Part shown: positions 1 to 8,640 of the stretch, in pieces
Numbering within the stretch: the first letter of the stretch is position 1
Layout: every line of letters starts with the position of its first letter
NCBI GenBank assembly: GCA_029210805.1
Contig: JARGGA010000002.1
Span: 1-41,872 of the forward strand
Length of the DNA: 41,872 nt
Reading direction: 5' to 3'
DNA from: Candidatus Thorarchaeota archaeon
GTDB taxonomy: Archaea; Asgardarchaeota; Thorarchaeia; Thorarchaeales; Thorarchaeaceae
The notes under the pieces: model-generated
Told to the model about the DNA's origin: nothing
Seen by the model: only the letters and a program-made list of their open reading frames with translations
The model's database searches: none
Translations under genes and position numbers: made by a program

Positions 1-172
1 GTTGTAGGTCCGCCAAAGCTGAATGGTTCGTCTCCAGGGGTTGTAGGTCCGCCAAAGCTGAATGGTTCGTCTCCAGGGGTTGTAGGTCCGCCAAAGCTGA
101 ATGGTTCGTCTCCAGGGGTTGTAGGTCCGCCAAAGCTGAATGGTTCGTCTCCAGGGGTTGTAGGTCCGCCAA
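1..172. repeat. Perfect 39-nt tandem repeat: 4 full copies plus a 16-nt partial fifth, apparently continuing past the left window edge
   Basis: The unit gttgtaggtccgccaaagctgaatggttcgtctccaggg starts at 1, 40, 79 and 118 with no mismatches. The copy at 157 diverges after 16 nt. The period is 39 nt (13 codons). Confidence 0.95.
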
Positions 173-245
173 TAAGTAGTAGTCGTGGATTCAAGTTATA
201 TTTCTCCTTTGATTTTGTGTGGCCGTTGATTGTCAGAGTGGCCAT
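1..245 (-). CDS. Partial CDS (N-terminus only) of a 13-aa-repeat protein reading MATLTINGHTKSKEKYNLNPRLLLIGGPTT(PGDEPFSFGGPTT)n
   Basis: Minus-strand ATG at 245-243, with an in-frame stop just upstream at 260-258. The frame stays open to the window edge. Its codons (CCT GGA GAC GAA CCA TTC AGC TTT GGC GGA CCT ACA ACC) look more like the local genes than the plus-strand reading does. It is absent from the ORF track because no stop lies in the window. The strand and frame call is not secure (see rejected list). Confidence 0.5.
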   Translation of the reverse strand, partial: MATLTINGHTKSKEKYNLNPRLLLIGGPTTPGDEPFSFGGPTTPGDEPFSFGGPTTPGDEPFSFGGPTTPGDEPFSFGGPT

Positions 246-494
246 TCTATCTAACAATCAATCAGTATAGAAGCTAAGAAAATACTAAGAAAATGACATG
301 CTAAAATGGAAATGAGAATTGTACAATCCCTGTCAAAAAGCAGAACAATGGAGTGCGAATCTATCGTTCTTTATATAGGTCGAAACAGTATTTAGATGTT
401 AATATATGATCTTTCACATATCATGATAGCATATAATTAAACATGATTTTATGATTTTGCGATACTGGAAGAAGAATCAAAGACGTATGAAACT

Positions 495-1175
495 CTATTT
501 CAGAATTCTACTTCCATCCTCTAGTCCAATATGTACTTCATCGGTCATCCCAACAAACAAGCCAGTTTCTACGACACCTGGTATCATCTTCAAGTCAACT
601 GCAACCTTGGCTGGATCCATGATTGGTTCCGAGAACTTGAGATCGAGGATGAAGTTCCCATTGTCGGTAACCACAGGCCCCATCTTTCGCTGGGCCTCAC
701 GTACGGTGGGCGTGATTCCCATGTCTATTATCTTTCTCCGAACTACTCCTAACGAAAAAGGAAGTACCTCGATTGGTATATCATACCGAGTTGCGAGATA
801 GTCAACAAGCTTGGATTCATCTACAATAATGATTAATCTCTCTGATGCTGAAGCCACAACCTTCTCCTGAAATAGGGCTCCGCCCCCACCCTTGGTCAGA
901 TTCAGGTCCTTGTCCACCTCATCCGCGCCATCCACCGTCAACAACAATATTGGGTCGATATCCAGATTTGTGAGGGGAATCTTATACTCAACCGCCAACT
1001 GATAAGCCTGATATGAGCTTGGCACCACCCTCACGTCCACCTCACCTGCAGCGATTTGCCTGCCCAGCTCCTTAGCAAATATGGCCACAGTGGATCCACT
1101 CCCGAGACCTATAGCTCCCTTTTTTGGTATTAATGGTATTACACTCTTTGCAGCATTAAGTTTTGCATTGGACAT
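495..1175 (-). CDS. rpiA: Ribose-5-phosphate isomerase A
   Basis: Contains GLGSGSTVA, VDGADEVD, LNLTKGGGGAL, GPVVTDNGNFILD and IPGVVETGLF, collinear with archaeal RpiA. The start is trimmed from the TTG at 1226 to the ATG at 1175 (MSNAKLNAAK), giving about 226 aa. Confidence 0.9.
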   Translation of the reverse strand: MSNAKLNAAKSVIPLIPKKGAIGLGSGSTVAIFAKELGRQIAAGEVDVRVVPSSYQAYQLAVEYKIPLTNLDIDPILLLTVDGADEVDKDLNLTKGGGGALFQEKVVASASERLIIIVDESKLVDYLATRYDIPIEVLPFSLGVVRRKIIDMGITPTVREAQRKMGPVVTDNGNFILDLKFSEPIMDPAKVAVDLKMIPGVVETGLFVGMTDEVHIGLEDGSRILK

Positions 1176-1281
1176 GACAGATATCCCTCTCAAGGTAATG
1201 CTTTCAGAGAGACCAGAGTCACTCAAAAATCCTTTCTAGGAGAGCGAGGGAGGGATTGGCAGGTGTAGGGGTGCGGAAGGC

Positions 1282-1494
1282 CTATGCGGTAGTATATGGT
1301 ATCTCTTGTTTGGCAGGGATTTCAACCCTCGCTCTCCAATAGACGGCCCATTGTCCACTGTCCGTCTTTGATATCACAACACAGCGATCTTGTTTCAGAG
1401 TTCGAGCGAGAAGTACCGTGTCACGGCCGCTGTCAAAAACCTCTGACAGTCTGTAGAGGTGACCGCCAATGTAACGCCACTTCTTCTCGTTCAT
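1282..1494 (-). CDS. Hypothetical small protein (70 aa)
   Basis: ORF only, co-directional with and just upstream of rpiA. No motif recognised. Confidence 0.4.
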   Translation of the reverse strand: MNEKKWRYIGGHLYRLSEVFDSGRDTVLLARTLKQDRCVVISKTDSGQWAVYWRARVEIPAKQEIPYTTA

Positions 1495-1579
1495 ACTTCT
1501 ATGTCTGTATCCTCAGTATTTAACCTCAAAAAGAGAGAGTTTGACAGATTTGTATTCTGATTTTGTACAGAACTTGCAT

Positions 1580-1843
1580 TTACCAGGTCATACCCTCATT
1601 CCATGCCCTATTCGAGAACTCCATCGCCTCTATCACCAGAAAGTGGACAAAGTCGTCTGCATGACACTCCATTGTGTACATGGTGAATCCATCATAGGCA
1701 AAGAAGTACATCCGTATGACGTGATATATTGTCTGAGGATTGGCAATCTCTAGTATTCGCAGAAAGTTCTCCCGGGAGAACTTCACTCGATAGGTCCCTG
1801 CATGAGGTGGACCTTCAGATCCTGAATTTGATGTGAAATCCAT
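1580..1843 (-). CDS. Hypothetical small protein (87 aa)
   Basis: ORF only, same strand as its neighbours. No motif recognised. Confidence 0.35.
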   Translation of the reverse strand: MDFTSNSGSEGPPHAGTYRVKFSRENFLRILEIANPQTIYHVIRMYFFAYDGFTMYTMECHADDFVHFLVIEAMEFSNRAWNEGMTW

Positions 1844-1951
1844 TTCTACACAAACTCCGTTGGTATCTCATGCCCAGATACACATCAGGATTTATGGCTC
1901 TTTTGGCTTAGTAAGCTACGGCAAGTAAAAGAAATGAGAAGGGGGACTCTA

Positions 1952-2950
1952 TTAGTCCCCGCTCATAAGTGCCTTGAGTCGCTCCATCTCAGCAAGCATC
2001 TCTGACTGGAGGGAACTCTTTCCGCCTGGACTTGGTGCGCCTGCAGGGGCTCCGCCTCCTGGTGCGCTTCCACTTGGGGCTCCTCCTGGTGCGCCTCCAC
2101 CTGGGGGACCGCCTCCGGGGGCTCCACCGCTAGGGGGTCCGCCTCCTAGGGCTCCTCCGCTTGGGGTACCACCACCTGGTGGGCCGCCTCCTAGAACTCC
2201 TCCACCCGGTGCTCCACCGCCAGGGGGGCCGCCTCCTGGCGCTCCTCCACCCGGTGCGCCGCCACCTGGTGGGCCGCCTCCTGGGGGTCCTCCACCCGGT
2301 GGGCCAGCAGATTCAGTTCCGCCTGTGGGTACAGCGGATACTGGTGCACTGGTTCCAGCAGAACTAGGCATTCCAACACTGGTTGGTCCAGCTGCTTCAG
2401 TATCATCTTCAACTGCAGTTCCGGACATAGCTGCCATTTTACGTAGGTAATCAGAACGTGCCTTGTCAATCGCGGTGTCTGTTTCAACAATTTCCTTGAG
2501 TTGTTCGTCTTTTGCCATTGCAGCACGAACATTATCGAGTCGCGTTTGATATGTCCCAGCTATCTTGTCTCTCATGGACTCATCAATTTCACCCTGCTGT
2601 GCATAGTAATCAGTAGCAGAAAGAGCCTGTTGGATGGCGTTCTCTTCTATCTTCAAAAAGACAAGGGCATCACCAGGGTCTTTGATAAATTTCATCTTCT
2701 TAGAGCCAGCCATGCCTGCTGAAACATCTCCAGTAGATGCAATGATTTTCTGTACGCCTTCAGCGACATTGGCACTGCCCCCACCAGCTCGACGACCTCT
2801 GATGACCAGTCCTATGAGAATAAGTAACATAGGTCCAAATGTTAGAGCAAAGAACCATGCTAGTGGGCCAAAAGGAATTGTTGGCCAAAACATCTCATAT
2901 AGAGGGTAGAATAAATCATAGATAAAGGTAGTAATGTCGGTATATTGCAT
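1952..2950 (-). CDS. Membrane-anchored protein with a helical domain, about 18 (A/P)PGGG pentapeptide repeats and a C-terminal amphipathic helix
   Basis: N-terminal hydrophobic segment (PLAWFFALTFGPMLLILIGLVI followed by RGRR). A helical, charged middle region comes next, then GPPGGGPPGGGPPGGGAPGGG... and the tail SLQSEMLAEMERLKALMSGD. It is the longest ORF at this locus. The antisense ORFs 1974-2450 and 2161-2367 are by-products of the repeat. Confidence 0.7.
   Translation of the reverse strand: MQYTDITTFIYDLFYPLYEMFWPTIPFGPLAWFFALTFGPMLLILIGLVIRGRRAGGGSANVAEGVQKIIASTGDVSAGMAGSKKMKFIKDPGDALVFLKIEENAIQQALSATDYYAQQGEIDESMRDKIAGTYQTRLDNVRAAMAKDEQLKEIVETDTAIDKARSDYLRKMAAMSGTAVEDDTEAAGPTSVGMPSSAGTSAPVSAVPTGGTESAGPPGGGPPGGGPPGGGAPGGGAPGGGPPGGGAPGGGVLGGGPPGGGTPSGGALGGGPPSGGAPGGGPPGGGAPGGAPSGSAPGGGAPAGAPSPGGKSSLQSEMLAEMERLKALMSGD
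2029..2314. repeat. Imperfect 15-nt-period GC-rich coding repeat encoding XPGGG units
   Basis: Runs of ggtgcgcc/ggggctcc/ccgcctcc... with a 15-nt period. It forms a visibly GC-rich island in an AT-rich window. Confidence 0.85.
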
Positions 2951-3189
2951 CTTGTATCACCTACTGGAACGTCATCTTGGTCTACTGGTGGTGTTTCGTG
3001 TGCGCTACTTAATCTTTCTTGTAGGCATATGAGTTTGTATGACGTGTGTGTCATACGGGTCCTTGCCTGTGAACCAATCGACTCACCTGATTATTAAACT
3101 CAAGGCCTCTTAAACGTGTTCTCACTGCCATATTTCAATAGAGCTAGAGCCTAACTTAGCTTAAATCATTTGATGTATACCATTCACAG

Positions 3190-3741
3190 GTGAACTCTAT
3201 GACTCTATTTGACTCTTCCATTGAATATTATGTTCTACATGAAAAGGCCTGGAAATTTGGTGGTGGAGAGATATATGATTCACAAGGAAACAAAATAGGC
3301 CTTATGAAACGGAAACTCATCTCTATGCGTGCTGAAATTCGCCTAGAAGAAGTTGACGAGACCCCGGTATGCTTGATTCACAAGAAACTAGTGAGTGCTC
3401 GGCCCATCTACGATGTGAAATCTCCAGATGGCGAATTGATTGGCAGAGGCAAACGACCATTGGTTGCATTTCGCGGTTCAGTTGATATGTACGATTCCGA
3501 CGACAATATGATATACAAAGCACAAGGCGGTGTAACGAAATGGAACTTCACAATAACAGATCCCAAAGATAAGAAGAAGGTCTATGCACAGATTAAAAAA
3601 GCGGACAGATGGCGAGATGTCTTTGCTCCCGCTTTTAATTTCAAAGATCGATATGTTATTCACATTCTTGATTCTGATGCCCCACGTATGATGTTGTTAG
3701 CATATGCAATTATCATTGATAATGTCTATCATGACAAGTGA
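3190..3741 (+). CDS. LURP-one-related (DUF567) / tubby C-terminal-like fold protein
   Basis: The pattern KRKLISMRAEIRL..., IHKKLVSARPIYDV and KDRYVIHILDSDAPRMMLLAYAIIIDNV matches the LOR/scramblase-like family layout. Start is the GTG at 3190 or the ATG at 3199. Confidence 0.7.
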   Translation: MNSMTLFDSSIEYYVLHEKAWKFGGGEIYDSQGNKIGLMKRKLISMRAEIRLEEVDETPVCLIHKKLVSARPIYDVKSPDGELIGRGKRPLVAFRGSVDMYDSDDNMIYKAQGGVTKWNFTITDPKDKKKVYAQIKKADRWRDVFAPAFNFKDRYVIHILDSDAPRMMLLAYAIIIDNVYHDK

Positions 3742-3762
3742 TGGGTCATTCTAATATTTTCT

Positions 3763-3789
3763 AAAACGCGGCAATTTGTCGCGTTTTTT
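3763..3789 (+). terminator. Hairpin plus T-run after the LURP-like gene
   Basis: AAAACGCG (3763-3770) pairs with CGCGTTTT (3780-3787) and runs into T6, 22 nt after the stop codon. Confidence 0.5.
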
Positions 3790-3814
3790 CTTCATATGGC
3801 ATTCAATATTTGTT

Positions 3815-3849
3815 GAACACGTGTTCCAATAATGTATTACAAGTATTAC
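3815..3849 (+). promoter_or_regulatory. Composite element upstream of pan: GAACACGTGTTC palindrome plus TGTATTACAAGTATTAC motif
   Basis: Perfect 12-bp palindrome at 3815-3826 and the motif at 3833-3849. The same order and orientation recur upstream of iorA (18350-18393 on the minus strand), including the flanking caatatt. Confidence 0.6.
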
Positions 3850-3955
3850 TTTATTCCAGATCACGCGAATTCACCTTTTGACTAATAACAAGGTAGCTCG
3901 TTGACCACTAAGGATATGCTTAAGTAATTTGAGAAGGATGAAAGGTTGAGGTGTC

Positions 3956-5167
3956 ATGATGCCTGGAAGTACAGATACGAAGAAGAATGGTGAGGTAGAA
4001 GACGAAACTTACAGTCAGAGCTACACAAGACATCTTGAACGACGACTTCGTGCACTTGAAACTGAAAAACAAATACTCCAAGCAGAAAGAGGAAGACTCG
4101 AAAAGGAAACTCAGACTCTTCGTACCGAGCTTGAAAAGCTCAGACAGTCCCCACTAATTACTGCAACTATCTCTGAGATGCTAGAAGATGGTAGGGCGGT
4201 TGTCAAAAGCTCCACAGGTCCCAATTTTGTTGTTCATGTATCTTCTGGTATTTCCAAGGAAAAATTACAACCTGGTATGAGGGTTGCTCTGAATCAACGA
4301 AGCTTTGCCATTACACAAGAACTTCCACCCTCTAGAGACCCTATGATTAGAGCAATGGAAATCGAGGAGGCTCCCTCAATAGCATATTCGGACATTGGAG
4401 GCTTGCAGGATCAGCTCAGGGAGATTCGCGAAACTGTTGAGTTACCTCTTTCAAGTCCGGAGCTTTTCAAGCAGGTTGGCATTGAACCTCCAAAAGGAGT
4501 GTTACTTACTGGTCCTCCAGGTACTGGAAAGACGCTGAGTGCGAGAGCAGTTGCCCATGAAACAAATGCAACCTTCATCCGTGTAATTGGATCGGAACTT
4601 GTTCAGAAGTTTATAGGTGAGGGTGCTCGTCTTGTTCGAGAAATCTTCATGATGGCAAAGGAAAAAGCTCCATCTATTGTCTTTGTAGATGAGCTTGATG
4701 CAGTTGGTTCGCATCGATTAGATATTGCTACATCTGGAGACCGTGAGGTCCAACGAACTCTCATGCAATTACTCTCTGAACTTGATGGATTTGAAACTCG
4801 AGGACAGGTTGCGATTATTGGTGCAACTAATAGACCAGATATTCTCGATCCCGCCCTCCTTAGACCCGGCCGCTTCGATAGAATAATTGAATTCCCCTTC
4901 CCAGATGTTGATAGCCAAAAAGAAATCTTCAAGATTCATACTCGTGGAATGAACATTACCACAGGAATTAATTTCGAGAAACTTCTATCTAGCAACACGA
5001 AGCTTACTGGAGCCGATATCAAAGCGATATGTACTGAAGCAGGAATGTTTGCAATCCGAGATGGGCAGACATGTGTATCGCAGAATCATTTCCGAAAAGC
5101 GATTACCAAGGTCGAAGACAGAGGCAAAGGTAACGACGGTTCTGCTCCTTCTGGTATTTACTGCTAG
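3956..5167 (+). CDS. pan: Proteasome-activating nucleotidase (PAN, AAA+ ATPase)
   Basis: N-terminal coiled coil, an OB segment, Walker A GPPGTGKT, Walker [28 protein letters not shown], and a C-terminal HbYX-like IYC. A GAGGTG Shine-Dalgarno-like box sits at 3948-3953. The start is the ATG at 3956 or 3959. Confidence 0.95.
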   Translation: MMPGSTDTKKNGEVEDETYSQSYTRHLERRLRALETEKQILQAERGRLEKETQTLRTELEKLRQSPLITATISEMLEDGRAVVKSSTGPNFVVHVSSGISKEKLQPGMRVALNQRSFAITQELPPSRDPMIRAMEIEEAPSIAYSDIGGLQDQLREIRETVELPLSSPELFKQVGIEPPKGVLLTGPPGTGKTLSARAVAHETNATFIRVIGSELVQKFIGEGARLVREIFMMAKEKAPSIVFVDELDAVGSHRLDIATSGDREVQRTLMQLLSELDGFETRGQVAIIGATNRPDILDPALLRPGRFDRIIEFPFPDVDSQKEIFKIHTRGMNITTGINFEKLLSSNTKLTGADIKAICTEAGMFAIRDGQTCVSQNHFRKAITKVEDRGKGNDGSAPSGIYC

Positions 5168-5171
5168 CCAT

Positions 5172-5189
5172 TGTATTACAATAAATACA
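5172..5189 (+). promoter_or_regulatory. 18-bp motif copy TGTATTACAATAAATACA
   Basis: Lies 4 nt after the pan stop and 14-20 nt before the next start (GTG 5203 / ATG 5209). This position fits a core promoter for a leaderless or near-leaderless mRNA. Confidence 0.6.
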
Positions 5190-5202
5190 AAACATTTGTT
5201 GA

Positions 5203-6051
5203 GTGAGTATGCGGTATAAAGAATATCTCAGGAATGAGTTGGATAAGAATAACCCTGATAATCTTCCACTCCCGAAAGGTTATCATCTCATAGGACATGT
5301 TGCCCTACTAGTGTTGAATTTTGAAGACCGTGATTTTGCTACGAAAGTTGGTAAGTGTACACTTGGATATGATAGTAGAATTCGGTCTGTAGCAATCAGA
5401 ACTGGACCCACTTCAAGTGACATACGGAAACCGGTATACGAATTAATCGCTGGTCAATCAGATACACTTACCACACATATTGAAAACAATGTCAAATTCC
5501 GGATAGATCCTTTGAGGGTAACATTTTCAGGAGGTAATAGAAGGGAAAGGATTTCTCTTCCTCAGTTTGTTCAATCGCATGAATACGTTGTAGATATGTT
5601 TGCATGTGTAGGACAGTTTGGGCTTCATATTGCTAAGACTGCAGGCGCAAAAGTATTGGCTATCGAAATGAACCCTGAAGCTTATTCACTGCTGGAAGAA
5701 AATATCAGAATAAACCATGTTGAAAATAAGATGCAAGCAGTCTTTGGTGACTGTCGCAAGGTACATCCCAATGGTGTTGCAGATCGTATTATTATGGGAT
5801 ACCTTCCGGGTACAATAGACTTCCTTCCTTCAGCTTTGGATACTCTTTCTCAAGAGGGAGGGACGATTCATATCCATGACTCACTTCCTGAGAATGAAAT
5901 TGGGGATTATTGTAATACTATTAATACATTAGCATCGGAATGGGGATTTGCTTCAGTTGTTCTACCAAGAAAGATAAAGCATTACTCGCCAGGAATTTCA
6001 CATTATGTATTTGATGTATCAGTTCTGCCTAATGAAGCGTCTGAAGCATAA
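5203..6051 (+). CDS. Trm5/Taw2 (Met-10+) family SAM-dependent tRNA methyltransferase
   Basis: GYHLIGHVALL, SAM motif VVDMFACVGQFGLHIA and DRIIMGYLP. At about 280 aa it is closer to Taw2/TYW2 than to Trm5b in size. Confidence 0.8.
   Translation: MSMRYKEYLRNELDKNNPDNLPLPKGYHLIGHVALLVLNFEDRDFATKVGKCTLGYDSRIRSVAIRTGPTSSDIRKPVYELIAGQSDTLTTHIENNVKFRIDPLRVTFSGGNRRERISLPQFVQSHEYVVDMFACVGQFGLHIAKTAGAKVLAIEMNPEAYSLLEENIRINHVENKMQAVFGDCRKVHPNGVADRIIMGYLPGTIDFLPSALDTLSQEGGTIHIHDSLPENEIGDYCNTINTLASEWGFASVVLPRKIKHYSPGISHYVFDVSVLPNEASEA
5911..5928 (+). promoter_or_regulatory. Near-perfect motif copy TGTAATACTATTAATACA inside the Trm5/Taw2-like CDS
   Basis: Matches 17 of 18 positions of the copies at 8929 and 12055. 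It points toward nac, whose start is 168 nt downstream, and the true spacer 6052-6095 has no copy. Confidence 0.4.
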
Positions 6052-6095
6052 TCGTTTTATCGTCAATGGAGAGGTAGCAACAAGAGGAATCTTTG

Positions 6096-6479
6096 ATGGG
6101 ATTTAGAGGAATGTCACCCAAACAAATGGCGCGCATGATGAAAAAAATGGGCATATCACAAGATGATCTGAAGGGCGTAAAAGAGGTCATCATTCGTTTT
6201 GAAGATAAGGAATGGGTGATAGAAAATGCTCAGGTTGCCATTGTTAAACAAGCCGGAAGTGAGTCTTATCAGGTTTCAGGTAGTAAAATTGAGAGAGCAT
6301 TGACCACAGGTATGTCAGTTGATAGTAATGTTGAACCAGAGCCCGAGATTGAAATACCAATTGAAGATGCAGCTCTTGTTGCAGGACAGACAGGAGTAGA
6401 TATTGAAACCGCGACTCAGGCCCTAAAGGACACCAAAGGAGACTTGGCTGCCGCGATTCTAAAACTCAGACAACCCTAG
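6096..6479 (+). CDS. nac: Nascent polypeptide-associated complex protein (archaeal NAC, NAC + UBA domains)
   Basis: MGFRGMSPKQMARMMKKMGI, a NAC beta-barrel segment, and a C-terminal UBA-like EDAALVAGQTGVDIETATQALKDTKGDLAAAI. ATG at 6096 (the track begins at the TTG at 6093). Confidence 0.85.
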   Translation: MGFRGMSPKQMARMMKKMGISQDDLKGVKEVIIRFEDKEWVIENAQVAIVKQAGSESYQVSGSKIERALTTGMSVDSNVEPEPEIEIPIEDAALVAGQTGVDIETATQALKDTKGDLAAAILKLRQP

Positions 6480-7123
6480 GAAGATTGTTCCAACTGCATT
6501 CGATCGCGAATAATCTTTAGTCGTATGAAATCTTCTCTTTCGCGTTCTTCCAGAGCAAGTTTCACAAAACGAGCTGTAGCATCCAATCGGGGGATTACTA
6601 CAGTTTCCAAAGCAGATACGCGACGTTTTGTTCGTTCTATCTCCAGAGCCAAACGCTTGACGGTGGATTCAATTTCTGCAAGACGCACTAACGATTTCAA
6701 TGCTTCTCTAAACTTGATACTCATTGTATCAAGTCTTGCACTGGAATCAGGTAGTGAATATGGCAACTCTGGTACATGTTGTTCCACTGAAAGAACAGGA
6801 ACACGGACACCCATCATTGACCGGGTGGCAATGCTAATTTCTGTCTGTACATTACTGGCATATGCAAATTCGATTACTCTAGCAGGTCCCATAATCATTT
6901 TGGCTTGGGTTAAACTTGAGAATGCCTCGGCCAATGCAGATTCTACTGCCTGTCTGGCTTCCTTTATTTCTGCAATGGCATTGAAAAATTCCATAATTAG
7001 TGAATCGCGTTTTTCTTTGAGTAGATTATGACCACGTTCAGCTAGGCGCATCCTATTCTTCAATCGAAGAAGTTCCATTCGGGTTGTCTTAGTACCTGCC
7101 AATACCTTGCTCATTGTGGTCAC
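6476..7123 (-). CDS. atpD: A/V-type ATP synthase subunit D
   Basis: TRMELLRLKNRMRLAERGHNLLKEKRDSL and a long coiled-coil layout typical of AtpD/NtpD. Its stop overlaps the nac stop in the palindrome CTAG (6476-6479). Confidence 0.9.
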   Translation of the reverse strand: MTTMSKVLAGTKTTRMELLRLKNRMRLAERGHNLLKEKRDSLIMEFFNAIAEIKEARQAVESALAEAFSSLTQAKMIMGPARVIEFAYASNVQTEISIATRSMMGVRVPVLSVEQHVPELPYSLPDSSARLDTMSIKFREALKSLVRLAEIESTVKRLALEIERTKRRVSALETVVIPRLDATARFVKLALEEREREDFIRLKIIRDRMQLEQSS

Positions 7124-7198
7124 TTCACTGTTACTTTGAATCAGTCATATGTAGTGAATCACACAGTATATGATTTCCTAAAACTGTTGTGATGGATA

Positions 7199-7477
7199 TT
7201 ATGCTAGGGTGAATGTTAGCGCACTTAATACTACACCAATCAGGCATATGATTAACCACTCACGAACGTATTTCTGTACTAAGTGAGGGCTGTCACTAAT
7301 CTGTCCAGTTGCAATAAAAGTCATTATTGAAATAAATAGAAATGCAAATGGAAGGGAAGCTGTAGTGCCGTCAGTGGGAGCATCAGCAATGAATATGACA
7401 CCAACGAGAAGGCCGAATATCATAAAGCTAAGTATCATCAAAGAGTTCAAAATTCGTTGGATCCTGCTTACGTCCAT
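7199..7477 (-). CDS. Small membrane protein (about 3 TM helices)
   Basis: Three hydrophobic stretches in 92 aa. No recognised family. Confidence 0.5.
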   Translation of the reverse strand: MDVSRIQRILNSLMILSFMIFGLLVGVIFIADAPTDGTTASLPFAFLFISIMTFIATGQISDSPHLVQKYVREWLIICLIGVVLSALTFTLA

Positions 7478-7624
7478 ACTATGATTCTCCTAGTTTGCAG
7501 ATCATACTAGAATGCCTGCCCGTCAAACACACGGCTTTATTCAGTTCAAAAAGGTTGTGTATTGAACTTGGCGCGATTCGTATATTTCTCACACAATCTT
7601 TATCAGGTATATAATTGTACAAAT

Positions 7625-7651
7625 TGTATTACAATAAGTAATTGTGATACA
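7625..7651 (+). promoter_or_regulatory. Motif copy TGTATTACAATAAGTAAT plus the TGTGATACA half-site
   Basis: The 9-mer core is at 7625-7633 and a variant half-site at 7643-7651. A GAGGT box lies at 7654-7658 and the ATG at 7666. Confidence 0.6.
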
Positions 7652-7665
7652 ACGAGGTTGTAGCC

Positions 7666-8640
7666 ATGACGATTGCAATTCATGAGTCCGCGCTCATTCG
7701 ACATTTTAACACACGTAAAGAAACGCTCCGCGCGTGGGAAGAAAATATAGGTGCACGTTTTAGCCCCTTTAGGGGTTTTAAGATGCCTGATTCGCGTCTC
7801 TACTGCGAGCATCCTGATTTTCTTGATTCTATAGTTGATCTAATCATTACTAATGAGAGACATATCTTTCTTAGAGGTCCAGTTGGATCAGGGAAGAGCA
7901 CCTTGATGCTTTTGGCATTGAGAGATTTACCTACCCTTGCAGATCGAAGAGGTAACAAATTCATAACTGGATATGTAGGCATGACAGGACTTTATGAGAA
8001 ACAGATGTCAGCAGCTATTGCTGATTCATTGAGAATCAAATATCGACGTTCTTGGGAATCTAGTCAGATTATTGATGCGGTCGCTCAGGAGAGTGTACGA
8101 AGATATATCGAGGAAAAAAGTCGTACCGCCCTCTTCATTGAGGACGTTGCTGATAACCAAGAAGCTGCGTTCCATAAGCTTCGATATTTAGCTGATTTGC
8201 CAACTGAGGAAATGAAAGATGATTATAGAACGGCACTTGATGAACCAATTGTAACACTAGTCATGAGCGGAACTAAGCTTTATTGGAATGCAATGCTTTC
8301 ATTCCTTCCACAGATAGCTGATAGAACAGAGCCATTGGACGTTCCTGCACTGGGGGATAGCAAAGCAAGGGAATTTATTGGTCGTAGGATTGCGTATGCA
8401 AAAGGAACCATCGATTCTTTCGATTCTGCCAATTACGACGTTTATCCATTTCATGACGACGCGATAACAGTACTTAACACTGCCGCAAGAGGGAACCCTC
8501 GTGACCTTCGAATGTTGGCCAGAGGGTGTCAACAAGTTGCAGCTGAAAATTTCAAACGGGCTGGTAGCCCTGATGTAGACCCAGAGATAGCTCGGCTTGT
8601 ATCAGAAGCGTATGAAACTATTCTCAAGGAGGTCAGATGA
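7666..8640 (+). CDS. AAA+ ATPase of the ExeA/TniB/ORC-like (AAA_22-type) class, with no winged-helix domain
   Basis: Walker A LRGPVGSGKSTL, Walker B-like ALFIEDVAD, and a sensor-2-like ARGNPRDLRMLARGCQQVAA. At 324 aa it ends without a C-terminal DNA-binding domain. Confidence 0.75.
   Translation: MTIAIHESALIRHFNTRKETLRAWEENIGARFSPFRGFKMPDSRLYCEHPDFLDSIVDLIITNERHIFLRGPVGSGKSTLMLLALRDLPTLADRRGNKFITGYVGMTGLYEKQMSAAIADSLRIKYRRSWESSQIIDAVAQESVRRYIEEKSRTALFIEDVADNQEAAFHKLRYLADLPTEEMKDDYRTALDEPIVTLVMSGTKLYWNAMLSFLPQIADRTEPLDVPALGDSKAREFIGRRIAYAKGTIDSFDSANYDVYPFHDDAITVLNTAARGNPRDLRMLARGCQQVAAENFKRAGSPDVDPEIARLVSEAYETILKEVR

Noticed and set aside
1-172. The 39-nt repeat array as a possible CRISPR array
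   Set aside because: The copies are directly abutting with no spacers, the period is a multiple of 3, and the region is open in coding frames. This is a coding tandem repeat, not a CRISPR array.
1-270. Plus-strand reading of the repeat: (VVGPPKLNGSSPG)n ...FKLYFSFDFVWPLIVRVAILSNNQSV, stop at 268-270
   Set aside because: Not excluded, but less favoured. It uses several G-ending codons (CCG, CTG, TCG, GGG) that look rare in the confident genes here. Its hydrophobic tail is interrupted by D and R. The minus frame has a clean stop-then-ATG boundary at the repeat edge. Contig extension is needed to settle it.
1974-2450. 158-aa plus-strand ORF, and the 2161-2367 and 2191-2532 ORFs, over the P/G repeat
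   Set aside because: The low-complexity GC-rich repeat stays open in several frames. The 332-aa minus ORF, with its TM anchor and structured domains, explains the locus.
3037-3056. Hairpin or palindrome GTATGAC-GTGTGT-GTCATAC in the divergent spacer before the LURP-like gene
   Set aside because: It is real in the sequence, but it is a single copy with no recurrence elsewhere in the window. This is too little to interpret beyond a possible operator.
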